Below, piece by piece: positions 53,401 to 62,810 of a DNA stretch of 64,000 nucleotides; the first letter of the stretch is position 1, and every line of letters starts with the position of its first letter. Below the pieces are notes generated by a model that was not told where the DNA came from, searched no databases, and saw only the letters and a program-made list of their open reading frames with translations. Origin of the DNA: Phoronis australis (Eukaryota > Animalia > Phoronida); NCBI GenBank assembly GCA_002633005.1, contig NMRA01000133.1:195886-259885 (forward strand), read 5' to 3'. The position numbers and the translations under genes are program-made.

Positions 53401-55238
53401 CGACACATGCCGAGTTTGACTATGAGAATACCAACGTCTACGAATTCAAGATTTTGGCTACTGACCTCGGTGCTCGTCAAGATTTAATCAAAGTTAGCAT
53501 TGCAATAATTGGTGTCGATGAATTCAGTCCCGTTTTTGCAAAAGATTCGTACTCGTTTGACGTGAGAGGTGATGCAGAGAAAGGTCACGTGGTGGGATCT
53601 GTGCAGGCAACGGACAAAGATGGCGGACCCGATGGCATAGTTGTCTATAGTATCCAAGCTGACCAAACTGGCTCGCATCGATATTTCCAAGTTGATCCGA
53701 AAAGCGGAGTCATCTCCGTTGCCTACAGTCTGCGACAGGAAATTTTGCGGAAACGCAGATCGGTGGTTAAGCGAGCGTTGCCACCAGACTTCTCGCTCAT
53801 TGTTAAAGCCAGCAGTGGCAAGAAGGACTCTAAATCATCGACTATCGTGTGTCGAATTGCTGTTGACTTTACATGTGCTGGATGTCAACCCATTGGTCGC
53901 CAGGATACGACAACAGTCGGTGCCGGTCCGTCAAAACCATATGTTTTCGAAGGTACCCCACTGATTCTTGTGGTTGTGTTCGCCGTTGTTGCTGTTATTT
54001 TGGTTAGTGTTATTGTAATTATATTGTTGAGGAATCGTTGGAAAAGGAAACGCACCAACGATCCACCCCAGGCTCAATTTGATGAAGATTTTGACACGGT
54101 CAATGTGCCTTCGCAAACAACGGACGAAGCGCCACCTAGGTACAACGACATCCGTCGCGAGTACAGTCCTCGCCATCACAATCGCTCAGAATTATCTGAT
54201 CAGTCCCATTCAGCATCAAGTGGCCGCGGCTCATCAGAGTTCATTCCTGAGGATGATGACGAGGAGTTGAGAATCATCAACTCTGCACCGTTGGTACAGA
54301 CTAATAACTTAATACGTAAGGCAATGCCTGATTCTGGCATACAGCACGATCACGATAACATATCAGACACTGGCAGTGTGCAAAATCATCAGGAATATTT
54401 GGCGCGTCTTGGCATTGATGCGTCTAAAATAAAAACAGACTGTAAGCCCAAGGGGCTGGCGCGCTCTGTTGAGAGCATGCATCACTTCTCTGATGAGGGA
54501 GGTGGCGAGGGTGACGGCCTTGACATTGGGGTGTTAGTTGAGCAGAAGCTCGGGGAGGTGGAAGCAGACGAGGATATGGCAATAATGGACGGGACACGTG
54601 AGTTTGGGTTTGGTGAAACTGAGCCGTCTCACGCAGGGTCTCTGTCTAGTGTTATTAACAGTGAGGAGGAGTTTAGTGGCTCGTATAACTGGGACTATTT
54701 ATTAGACTGGGGTCCCCAGTACCAGCCACTGGCTCACGTGTTCTCGGAGATAGCTCGTCTTAAGGACGAGACAATTCAGCCAAAGAAACAGCCAATCAGG
54801 ACAGTTCCCCAGGTGCATATACCCAATAGTCTGAAGCCGCAATTGAAAACGAGGCCTCCGCCTATAATCACAAATGTTCCACCCAAGGCAAATCCTATTG
54901 CCGCCGGAATAAGCGGTGGTAGCTCGTCTAATCTGTCCAGTGGTAGTGGCGGCGCTATGAACTCTAACCGAACAAGTCAATTGACTTCCGTCAGTCTGCC
55001 AAAGTCTCCAATCAGTTATGAATCTAGTTTTACCTCCCCTGCCCTGTCGCCATCATTTACACCAACTTTGTCACCGTTAGCGACGAGGAGCCCGTCAATA
55101 TCTCCACTGCAAACTCCAGGTGCAAGCCAATCGGGAAGGACGTCAGGTCAGTCAACGCCACGGTCGAAAAAGTCAAGGTCGCAGCGTAATCTTGCAATGA
55201 TCCACTCGTCTGGATCAGAGCAAGAGTTGCGGATATAA
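3621..55238 (+). CDS. ds: Dachsous / protocadherin-16-like giant atypical cadherin, spliced CDS join(3621-5492,39075-39261,39725-39955,40428-40664,41947-42122,42635-44990,45476-45823,46192-46564,47285-47483,47736-47967,48529-48747,49125-49336,50086-50371,50698-50888,51373-51613,51954-52125,52607-55238), ~3387 aa
   Basis: Repeated cadherin motifs (LDRE/LDYE, DxNDNxPxF, AxDxD). The ~2900-aa ectodomain fits ~27 repeats and has no EGF/LamG domains, which excludes Fat/Flamingo. One TM helix at 53961-54029. The cytoplasmic tail has SSGRGS and GSLSSVINSEEEFSGSYNWDYLLDWGPQYQPLAHVFSEIARLKD, typical of Dachsous, and ends in ELRI. All 16 introns are GT-AG with matching phases, and the summed length is divisible by 3. 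Confidence 0.95.
9402..9906. mobile_element. PIF/Harbinger-like non-autonomous DNA transposon (MITE), ~505 bp
   Basis: TIRs AGGGCCTTTCATA (9402-9414) and TATGAAAGCGCCT (9894-9906), 11/13 match, flanked by TAA on both sides (9399-9401, 9907-9909). Internal repeats CAGTATGAACG x3 and inverted pairs AGCGTCGATG/CATCGACGCT and CGAAGTTATCGC/GCGATAACTTCG. Confidence 0.7.
21549..21575. repeat. Poly-C tract containing an ambiguous base (N at 21573)
   Basis: Directly visible; probably an uncertain homopolymer in the assembly. Confidence 0.8.
23160..23237 (+). repeat. 20-bp tandem repeat (GATACTGTCGGTGATATTAA) x ~4
   Basis: Directly visible. Confidence 0.92.
38514..38646 (+). repeat. Local direct duplication of ~46 bp (38514-38559 and 38601-38646)
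   Basis: TGTTTTGRGTTTGAGAGTGCAAGTMATGTKTTCAGGGGGAGATAAT occurs twice. Confidence 0.85.
39075..39261 (+). CDS. ds: dachsous coding exon 2 (VSATDPDCG...VAKDL)
   Basis: ttgcAG acceptor and G|gtaagg donor; continues CFLR|VSATD in frame. Confidence 0.92.
39725..39955 (+). CDS. ds: dachsous coding exon 3
   Basis: ttttAG acceptor; GLDTTASV...DINDNRPVF; G|gtgagt donor. Confidence 0.92.
40428..40664 (+). CDS. ds: dachsous coding exon 4
   Basis: ttcacAG acceptor; HLYLLRTL...ATSTDS; G|gtgagt donor. Confidence 0.9.
41947..42122 (+). CDS. ds: dachsous coding exon 5
   Basis: gtttAG acceptor; AGSITYSIVAGD...LDHE...GRTQ; CAG|gtaatt donor. Confidence 0.9.
42635..44990 (+). CDS. ds: dachsous coding exon 6 (large, ~7 cadherin repeats)
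   Basis: ttgtAG acceptor; 785-codon open frame of cadherin repeats; G|gtcagt donor. Confidence 0.95.
45476..45823 (+). CDS. ds: dachsous coding exon 7
   Basis: tgcAG acceptor; DNSNLTYF...LDRE...ITYSII; G|gttggt donor. Confidence 0.9.
46192..46564 (+). CDS. ds: dachsous coding exon 8
   Basis: tttccAG acceptor; GNIGNKFSINP...GVITTT; GG|gtaagt donor (phase 2). Confidence 0.9.
46551..46742 (+). repeat. Minisatellite, six 30-34-bp units, spanning the exon 8 donor
   Basis: Consensus ATCACAACAACAGG|GTAAGTGGTCTATAGTAY; units start at 46551, 46583, 46615, 46645, 46679, 46711. Confidence 0.9.
47285..47483 (+). CDS. ds: dachsous coding exon 9 (absent from ORF track)
   Basis: ttttAG acceptor; translates LLNREKVASYQFEVRASDAG...DVNDNAPYF...TEISQ; CAG|gtagag donor; phase fits both neighbours. 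Confidence 0.9.
47736..47967 (+). CDS. ds: dachsous coding exon 10
   Basis: ttccAG acceptor; LIAEDKDEGVNS...SLCSE; G|gtaaga donor. Confidence 0.88.
48529..48747 (+). CDS. ds: dachsous coding exon 11
   Basis: ttccccAG acceptor; LLVVRIGDN...FRINEDN; G|gtaggt donor. Confidence 0.88.
49125..49336 (+). CDS. ds: dachsous coding exon 12
   Basis: caactAG acceptor; VITIKDQTKLDYE...DYNDNAPKF...YVTQ; CAG|gtaagt donor. Confidence 0.9.
49850..49923 (+). pseudogene. tRNA-like cloverleaf (degenerate tRNA-Thr(AGT)-like pseudogene or SINE head) in ds intron 12
   Basis: Canonical arm lengths: acceptor GTTCCGT/TCGGGGC, D stem GTTC/GAAT, anticodon stem TCTGC/GCAGA with 7-nt loop AGAGTTA, 5-nt variable loop, T arm CCTGG-TTCGCAT-CCCGG. 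Lacks U33 and the D-loop GG. Confidence 0.6.
50086..50371 (+). CDS. ds: dachsous coding exon 13
   Basis: ttatAG acceptor; VSASDADSGDNG...LDRE...DINDNEP...LPE; G|gtaagt donor. Confidence 0.9.
50698..50888 (+). CDS. ds: dachsous coding exon 14
   Basis: tttacAG acceptor; TDVGTVITTVTATDAD...VDHE...LMIT; ACG|gtgagt donor. Confidence 0.9.
51373..51613 (+). CDS. ds: dachsous coding exon 15
   Basis: cttacAG acceptor; ASDTVHDTTANLTVNILDVNDNAPVF...INPST; G|gtgagt donor. Confidence 0.9.
51637..51797 (+). repeat. 17-bp tandem repeat (TTTTGTTGCTGAGGCTA) x ~9.5
   Basis: Directly visible; 5' copies diverged, 3' copies identical. Confidence 0.92.
51954..52125 (+). CDS. ds: dachsous coding exon 16 (absent from ORF track)
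   Basis: tttcAG acceptor; TIYTNKTVIYSPNQQVISLVITATDNGRTPLSS...DINNYSPRF; AG|gtaatg donor, phase 2. Confidence 0.9.
52607..55238 (+). CDS. ds: dachsous terminal coding exon 17 (last cadherin repeats, TM, cytoplasmic tail)
   Basis: ttgcAG acceptor; open frame to TAA 55236-55238; TM LILVVVFAVVAVILVSVIVIILL; Ds cytoplasmic motifs. Confidence 0.95.
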
Positions 55239-55950
55239 GTAATGTGTAACCATGGAAACCATTTAAACTTTGTGCTCATTTCACCCCATTACAATGTTGA
55301 TATGTAATTAAATATTATCTGTACATTGTGTATATATAAACGTAACATATAGATATCTATATATACCAATGCATTCAAATTGTCATTGTCTTTACTGAAT
55401 GAAGTATGAGGTGCAAAATGTACTGTAGAAGATATGCATAATCATTTCTTTATTAATGAGCGTATCCAATATTAGACTATTTTTATATTTGAGCTCATAG
55501 TGTAAATGCTGAAATAACGAATGCATGGTATGTCTTGTTAGCATACACAGAGAGAAGGGGATTTATTTTCTGTGTATGGAGAATCCAGTACGTGATGCGG
55601 TATATCACATTTTTACTTGCTCACTGAATATTTTGGGCAAAACTCTTCCCGACCAAACTAACAAGCTGACCAAATAACAAGCTTAGTGGAGTATTTATTT
55701 TTTAATGAAGTCCATTTTATAAAAGTATTTATCTATAGTATGTATTGCTTTTGTTGGTATCAAGGTCAGACCTTAAGAATCATGTGGGTAATGGGCTGAA
55801 GACCCTTGAATGTGGAACAAGTTCTATTCAGATTACATATTTTATCTTACTTGTAAATAGAGACTGTAGGGCTAGATGTTTGGTAGATTTTGTAGTTTTT
55901 TATAAGGAAAAGCACTACTGTTGATAAATTGCTTGTTATTAGCTTTTATG

Positions 55951-55972
55951 AATAAAAGTTATTTATAATAAA
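55951..55972 (+). terminator. Probable dachsous polyadenylation signals (AATAAA x2)
   Basis: AATAAA at 55951-55956 and 55967-55972, ~0.7 kb after the stop, in an AT-rich 3'UTR-like tract. Confidence 0.55.
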
Positions 55973-58858
55973 TAATATGAATTTATTTTGATGTGACAGG
56001 CAATGCACGCACGCACACATATACAACCATCAAGTTAGTCATATTGAATGTTGTGTCGGTGGGTCAAAGACAACCAAACTTCAAAGTAAAATAAAATTAG
56101 AAAAAGTGGCTCGAAAGCCTTAAAGAAAGCTTAGAGTGCCATTGCAACCACAGTACAACCATAGAAGGCAACTGCCAACTTCCGAGCCTTATTTAGACTC
56201 GAGCTTTTGTGACTTGGAAAATCAAATGAAATATCGGTGTTGCACGAAACTATGTTCTAAGGTAATAGCCATATTGTCTAAAGTATGCTCAAAATTACAT
56301 TTAAAATCGGCTTGCACATTTTTCACTGTACTCTAGTTGACCCTCAGGAATTTGTTTTATTCACAGGTTTATACTCAAGTGTTAAAAACTAACAAGATTA
56401 GCTTCTATCTACACATATACAAATACAAAGCAAACCATGTATTTCAAAGACAATACCCATACTTTGAATTTTTGCATTATCTCTTATATTAAGCTCCACT
56501 ATCTGAGCGATCTCGTGACTCAATACAGTGTTACATGGCAAGAGATTTACGCACAATATATGAAGAAAGTTATTTTCACATTTAAAATGTCCACATTTTG
56601 TTGTTGATGTCTGACAAAGGCTCGAACCCAGGACTCTGGCTTTCTGCTAGTCATCTGAGAAATCCAATCAGACGTAATAGAAAGCAATAATTCTTACTTA
56701 TAAAATATCAACACGTCAATTTATAACACCACAATTCAGTTCACAAGTCACTATTTTGGAATTATCACTAAAAGCCACAGGATGTAATTCCAACTGCGCT
56801 ATGCAAGCGTTCCCAAATTGTTAATGTGCTCATAAGCCATATTTCGTGAGCCTGACACTGAGTTTGGCAATTGGTTCACCATGTTTGTAAGTCCGGGCAC
56901 AAATTTGTGAGTCAGTGAATCGAGTTGATTTTTGAAATACATTTATTTCGTTCCAGCATGGATATTTACAAGTCACATGAAACAATACAGGGACATAATT
57001 TACAACAATCAACAAGTACCACAGTTTCTTAAGGACAAATCTTAACAAAGTTCACCAAACTTTTGGAAATTGAGATTTTTTGAGTGAACCTTAATGTTAA
57101 AGGTGCTGTATCTCATTAAATTGTGAATATGCAAATGAACTACTAATTTACAAACAACCCCGGGTCCTCAATGTGCCCGAAACCATCCGAGAACCAGTTA
57201 CCATTACAATCTCATAAAAGTCTCGTTTTGCGAGACTATTTTTAATTACCAATAAACGAGTATGGTAATATTTCATCATTACCCTAATGAAACAAGGCAC
57301 AGTTTTTTTATTATTTGTTTATTTCAATATCAAATAATTGTATAGTATTTGGAATTACTAGGGTTTTTATATGTTCACACTTGTTTTTAAGTGTATCCGT
57401 TACAGTGTTTTTTTTTACTGAAAACCACAGTTTATTTTACAAAATAGTTTTTTCTTTTTTTATTATACTTGTACACATTTCTCCAGGAAGTCACAAGATA
57501 GCGTTTGCCAAAATGATCAACCGATTTATGTTACCGAAAATATTTTTTAATTCTGGTCAGCACACCACCAGTGGCCACATCATATTTCTATAGATTTATG
57601 TTACAGGATTTCGACTAAGTACATCCCCGGTGGACTGAGTTAATCATACCCTGTGCCACGTTCGTAAGTGTAAGTGTTGTTTCTGAGTGTGACAGCTGTG
57701 TTGTTTCTATCCCCTAACAACTACAGTCATACATTTAACTGCAGTAGAGTTAGATGAATATACACACTAGTTCTTAATGCATGTGACTGGAGTCAGTTCC
57801 ACAGGATCTATGTCACAACTATGGGACACAAACAATCACTGTTAGTGAATCAGGCACCATATTTACATTTTACAAAATTTAGTGTACTTGTAATTGACTA
57901 TAAATGCATTTACAATGCAACAAGATTTATGAGACAAGATGTGCCAATTTTCCTTCTTGTTCTCAAGAAAATGACAAATTAAATCTCTACTTGACTAAAA
58001 TCAGCTAATTTTTGGACCAAAAAATGTGACAAAGTTTTAAACGGCACTCATTTATTTTGCGTCTCGCAGTCTTCTGAGCGTTTTCCAAAACTTTGAAAAA
58101 AATAGATGAATTTTGATGACATCTTATGTTTTTGAAAATTATTCTATGACCCCACTGTAGGAGCTGTTTGCACCATTTTACGAGGAAACTCACTAGTCTC
58201 AAGGTAGCTGGGCACATAATAAACGTTCATCATTTCGAGAGAGGGGAGGGGGGGAAGAGATAATCAAGACTGCCCTTGAAGACACTAGAAAGCCAGAGAA
58301 GAATACATGATACAGACTTCAATGGCGGAAGTGTAAAGAAGAGCCACCATGGGAAAAAATTGACACATTACCAGATATGTACGATGCAAGCATAAAGAGT
58401 TGGAGCAAATTTAGACAAGCCATATTCTTTAATGAGTGGCAAGCACTTATAACGAAGTTTAGACAAACTTGAAGTCTCGTTTCTGTATGATTTTGAAATT
58501 TTTTGCATGAGGTAACAGAAGTGGGATCACTCATTATGGGAACTTGACACGTACAAGTGCGGTCATTCTTCATATGTTTTGCACTAAATTGTCATTTTCT
58601 ATTTTTCAAAAGTTGGTTACCTGGCTGCAAATAATTGAAATTTCATGGTCGGAGTGTACTTTGAACATTTACACCGTACAAACCCAGATAATAACAGACT
58701 AAAACTTTCTCATTGTTAATTAATGTTTTTGTTGAGAAAAAATGCAAATCCAAATAAAATTTTACATATTTTATGCTAAACAGATGAAAAATTACTGCTT
58801 GCCACCAGTTTGTGCGAGGTGACCTCTCCTAGTTTAACACAGCCCACTTTCACATGAC

Positions 58859-60113
58859 CTAGTTCATGGAGTCCACAATTTCACACATCATCCTATCCTG
58901 TCCTGTACACTCCTGCTCATTGGTACCCCCTGTGTCTTTCTCATCCGTTTCCATTCCCTCCATCTTCACCAACAATTTATTGTCAAGACTCGTCTCCTCT
59001 GGCAAGCTACCCACAGCGCCCTGCAAAATTTCCACGACTTTATCCAAATGTTTCTGAAACCTTTCTGCCGTTTCTAACCGCTGTCGTTTCTGCAGTTCGA
59101 GCATCACGCGTAGCGTTTCCCGTGCCTGATGTGGTCGGAACTCATTTATTAAATGGTGCATGTGAATGAACAGCAACTTCAAGTCTTCTATTTTCTCCGT
59201 CCGTTTCGGCGAGTCGGGACACTTGATCATGATATCGAGGAGGTCGAGAAAATTGACCAGCACTGAGTGATTGAGTTTCTTGAGTTCTTTCTTGTGATCA
59301 GGATTCAAAGGATACAGCCTCCTGATTCCTTGACTCTCCAAGGGTCGGATGATGGCGTCATCCGCGTGGAATGGGGCACCAAACATGGAATAGGTATCCT
59401 GGGAGCAAAATAGGAGAATAGTACTTAACAACTGCGACAGAAGGAGAATAATAAAACTTTGGTTAATTGATAAACAATGGATTCATAGTAAATCCATTTC
59501 AGAGCTCTCGTGACTGCGACAGCGGAGAAATCAAACAATGGAACAAAGAACCTTATTTCAGACCAAAATATGACATATATTTACACCAAAGGTTTACACG
59601 CCGTTGTTCAAAATTAAGGCCAACATAGCCAAAATAGTAAAAATAATTATTAATAGAAAAATTTTAGCACTTCAAATGACAGGGCTTCACTCAGGTCGAC
59701 GTCTTAGGAAATATAATCAAGAGACCAATCTCAGAGCAACTTCGGATAAATGACAATATAATATTACATATCATGGAAAACACCTAACCAAATAAAACAA
59801 AATCTTTTCTACACCAAGGCTAATGACATTATTTGTTTCTTGTAGAAATGAATAACATAGCTACAGAGCAGGAAAACATAGCATACGCCTGAGGTTATAC
59901 AAATATCTTTGTTCAGTTTAATATGTATAACTCAAGCTTGATGTACATGAATGTAATCAACCTTGGACAAGTGACCTAGATCCAAACCTGAACAGGAGGG
60001 GGTGGCTTTGGTACACGACCCCGCTCGACATTCTCATTAGTGTACACCTGGTAGTACTGCGATGGTGGCAGTGGAAATGAGCTGACCCCTTGAGACTGGC
60101 CTTCACCAGACAT
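58859..60113 (-). CDS. MED7: Mediator of RNA polymerase II transcription subunit 7, complement(join(58859-59398,59988-60113)), ~221 aa
   Basis: Exon 1 [21 protein letters not shown]...PKPPPPVQ with CAG|gtttgg donor. Exon 2 follows tcccAG: DTYSMFG...[15 protein letters not shown]...[18 protein letters not shown]...[20 protein letters not shown], the MED7 signature. Phase-0 junction. Confidence 0.95.
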
Positions 60114-60301
60114 AGTGCTGCAAAAAATGCAGAGCATGAAAAGCGATACAGAAGTGTGGTAGTTCTTCACTTAGTTGGCATACAGTAAGGCAGACAACTG
60201 GAATTTCATTTTCTTAATCATAACAACAAAACATTGTGAAAATTGTACTACAATTCCAGGAAAGAAAACAAATAATGTTTGAGTTTATTACTGGAATAAA
60301 A

Positions 60302-60420
60302 ACTTACAAAAATTAGCGACGTTGCGTCCGCATTTCACGGATTTCAGCTTGGCTTGTGATGTTATAATTATTCTGGCCAATTGGTGGCATTTTCACCAGA
60401 CGGCGCGGCATTGACGTCAG
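60302..60420 (-). promoter_or_regulatory. Likely MED7 5' non-coding exon and promoter
   Basis: Minus-strand acceptor tttttgcAG just 5' of 60117, 4 nt before the ATG. Minus-strand donor GTAAGT at 60307-60302. CpG-rich patch with CCAAT/ATTGG (60377-60384) and CRE TGACGTCA (60412-60419). Confidence 0.5.
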
Positions 60421-60538
60421 AACACCATCCCATACGTGTGACAAATCGAATCTTAAACCGCCTTTTTTATTTAAAGCGGTCACAGCACAACAAGAGCCGC
60501 CGAAAATGAAACAAGATACTAGTAACTGAATTGCAAAA

Positions 60539-60694
60539 CCAGTGTTGTAGACATGCTAATCCAATGAATCATAACAGCCTCTGTTAGCCACTCGCTAACA
60601 GGGAATTGCCTAGTATTAGCGGCTATTAGTCAAGTGGTTAGCAATAGCATGCTCGCTGGTTTTATCACTGGGGACGCTGGTTCCATTCCCAGGT
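60539..60694 (+). repeat. Dispersed repeat copy A with degenerate tRNA-like A/B boxes (SINE-related)
   Basis: Aligns with the reverse complement of 62681-62810; A-box-like TAGTCAAGTGG and B-box-like GGTTCCATTCCC. Confidence 0.55.
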
Positions 60695-60840
60695 TGGGCG
60701 ATCTCAGCAGTAAAAGCCTCAGCAAACATTTACCTGTGCACCCGAGATCACATGTCAACCAAATCGAGTCCAGCATGGCATTGTTAACCAACACTAAATT
60801 AAATCAGTGGCAATGCATGACCACAGACGTCCCCAAAAAC

Positions 60841-60893
60841 TATATATGTAGTATATACATGAGTATATATATATATATATATATACATATATA
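60841..60893. repeat. Interrupted (TA)n microsatellite
   Basis: Directly visible. Confidence 0.9.
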
Positions 60894-60933
60894 GTGTATT
60901 GGGGACGATCAGAAGCTGGGGGTGTCTGTGGGC

Positions 60934-61688
60934 TAGACAGTAACCACCATCTCTAGCTGGCTCAATAGAAACGGTGTAAGTCCTATAGGCGCTTCATACG
61001 CCAGAAGCTTTTCGGCGAATTATCCCACACATTGACTAAAATTTCACGTTGTTATAAACACCTTATGTGCATAGAGGGACACCTTAGGAGGCCATCAGTG
61101 TCTTTGATTCCTTCCAACTCGAACAAATACTCATATTATCAAACTTTTTCTTCGAACAGTCCCTTGTTTAGTTCCCAAAATCGGCAATTGGCTATTTTTA
61201 CACTGCGCACACCAGGGGATATGACGTCATACTACCTGCCGTGCACAGTGTTAAAAATGGCCAGTTACTGATTTTGTGAACTGAATGGAGGACCTGCTCA
61301 AAGAAAAAGTTTGATAACAAGAGTATTTGTTCGAGTTAGAAGGATGTTTAAGATCTGTATATTTTCTGTACTGTATAATTATCTTGCATTTAAGTTTTTG
61401 TTGTTTAAGTTTGTAGATTTTCAAAAATTGTAGCACTTGTGCTAATGCTTTACTGTTAAACCTCACTGACCTTTAAATAAAGATTATTACTATTTACTAC
61501 TACTATTAGTAGTATTACACTAAAGACATCAACTGCCTTTGGCTTAGCCTTAGCCTAGCTGTCCTTCTATGCGCATAAGGTATTTATAACAACGTGACTT
61601 TGATGTTTTAGTCGGTATGAGGCATAATTCACCGAAAAGCTTCCAGAACATCTAGATTGAGCCAGCTAGAGACGGTGGTCACTGTCTA
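60934..61688. mobile_element. Fold-back (palindromic) MITE-like element, ~755 bp
   Basis: Arms match as reverse complements in several blocks (60934-60966/61656-61688; ~61004-61081/~61560-61643; ~61108-61162/~61290-61344; 61187-61225/61226-61266). Axis at TATGACGTCATA (61220-61231); TA at both ends. Confidence 0.75.
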
Positions 61689-62680
61689 CTGAGTGCGTGA
61701 AGTGCATGGCATTGTTTCTGAATGAAACTGCCTGTGGCTGCATATAAGCCATAACCTTAGCACCTGCTTTGGCTACGACTTTGAAGTCGGAATGTAAAGA
61801 ACAACCAGAGAAGTTTACCAACGGATTTTGGATTACTCAAAAAGAACATTACACAACAATATTTCAATCAGGATAACTTACGTTCGTTAAAAAGAACACA
61901 CAACTGGCCACTTGTCAAGTTTTTAACTTTTATCACAAGGTGTCGTTATTATCAGATAGCCACAAGGTTAACAGCCACATACCATGTTTATTTTTTAGTT
62001 TGTTTTTATAATTATTTCATAAAAATGTCCTGCATTTCATAACATAAAATTTTAGTAAGCGTTTTTTTACTTCTTTCAATCCAAAATAAGTTGTGGTTGG
62101 AACGTGTTCTCCTTTTCACTGTGGCTTTAGTTCAATACTACCTAGTACTTCTACTTGTGATTTTACTTCCTCAAGTTTGCAAAAAGTTCGCCAGGGTACG
62201 TGTTTGCTTTGATCAGGATATTTACAGTATTTGGAAAGTCGAAGTGTGCTATTTTTGTTCCGGCTTGTCTCATTCTTAATATTTAACCTTAATTTTAACC
62301 CGAAGTGTGTTATAACTTTAGATTTATTCACACTTCTAGTCCTCAGTCATTGACTGGCACTTTACACTGTCTCAGTCTGTGTCAGAAGACCACCTGTTGA
62401 TGTTGAATGACATGGTTTATTAAATTATTTTTACTCAGCACTGCTCAGACAGGTATTATGTACTATGTCATCAGTTTTTCAAAGCAAGGGCATCTACTTG
62501 CAATTTCATTTGATCAGTGAAGTCATGTCCAATGAACAGGACCTTGTGCCGTTGTGGACACAATCATGATGGCAATGCATTGCCATGGTCTTTGGAAAAT
62601 ACTAAATAGGCACGCCCGAAGATTCGTGGGGCCCAAGATTCTACTAAGTGATGTATGGTAGTAATTGCCGAAAGTACCTG

Positions 62681-62810
62681 ACCCGGGAATTGAACTGGCA
62701 ACCCCAATAAAACCAGCAAGCATGCTAACCATTCTACTAATAGGCAATTGTGCATTAGCGAGTGGTTAGGAGAGGCTCATGATTCACGGGCAGCACATCT
62801 ACAACATTGG
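62681..62810 (-). repeat. Dispersed repeat copy B (inverted relative to copy A)
   Basis: Reverse complement reads ccaatgttgtagatgtgct...gaatcatgagcctctcctaaccactcgctaa...aattgcctattagtagaatggttagcatgcttgctggttttattggggttgccagttcaattcccgggt, colinear with 60539-60694. Confidence 0.55.

Noticed and set aside
43417-54980. Many 60-140-aa minus-strand and alternative-frame ORFs overlapping ds exons
   Set aside because: Shadow ORFs of cadherin coding sequence with no independent homology signal.
3621-55238. Alternative identity as Fat, Flamingo/CELSR or a clustered protocadherin array
   Set aside because: No EGF/LamG or 7TM domains; the exons join into a single continuous ~27-repeat ORF with a Dachsous-type tail rather than variable exons.
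56619-56658. Minus-strand B-box GGTTCGAGCC, possible SINE fragment
   Set aside because: Only the B box is recognisable; there is no A box or cloverleaf to support a call.
57081-57120. Kolobok-like TTAA-AGG termini back to back (GAGTGAACCTTAA...TTAAAGGTGCTG)
   Set aside because: I could not find the matching opposite TIRs in the window.
62091-62279. Hydrophobic 62-aa ORF as a small membrane protein
   Set aside because: TTG start; the hydrophobicity is explained by T-rich sequence.
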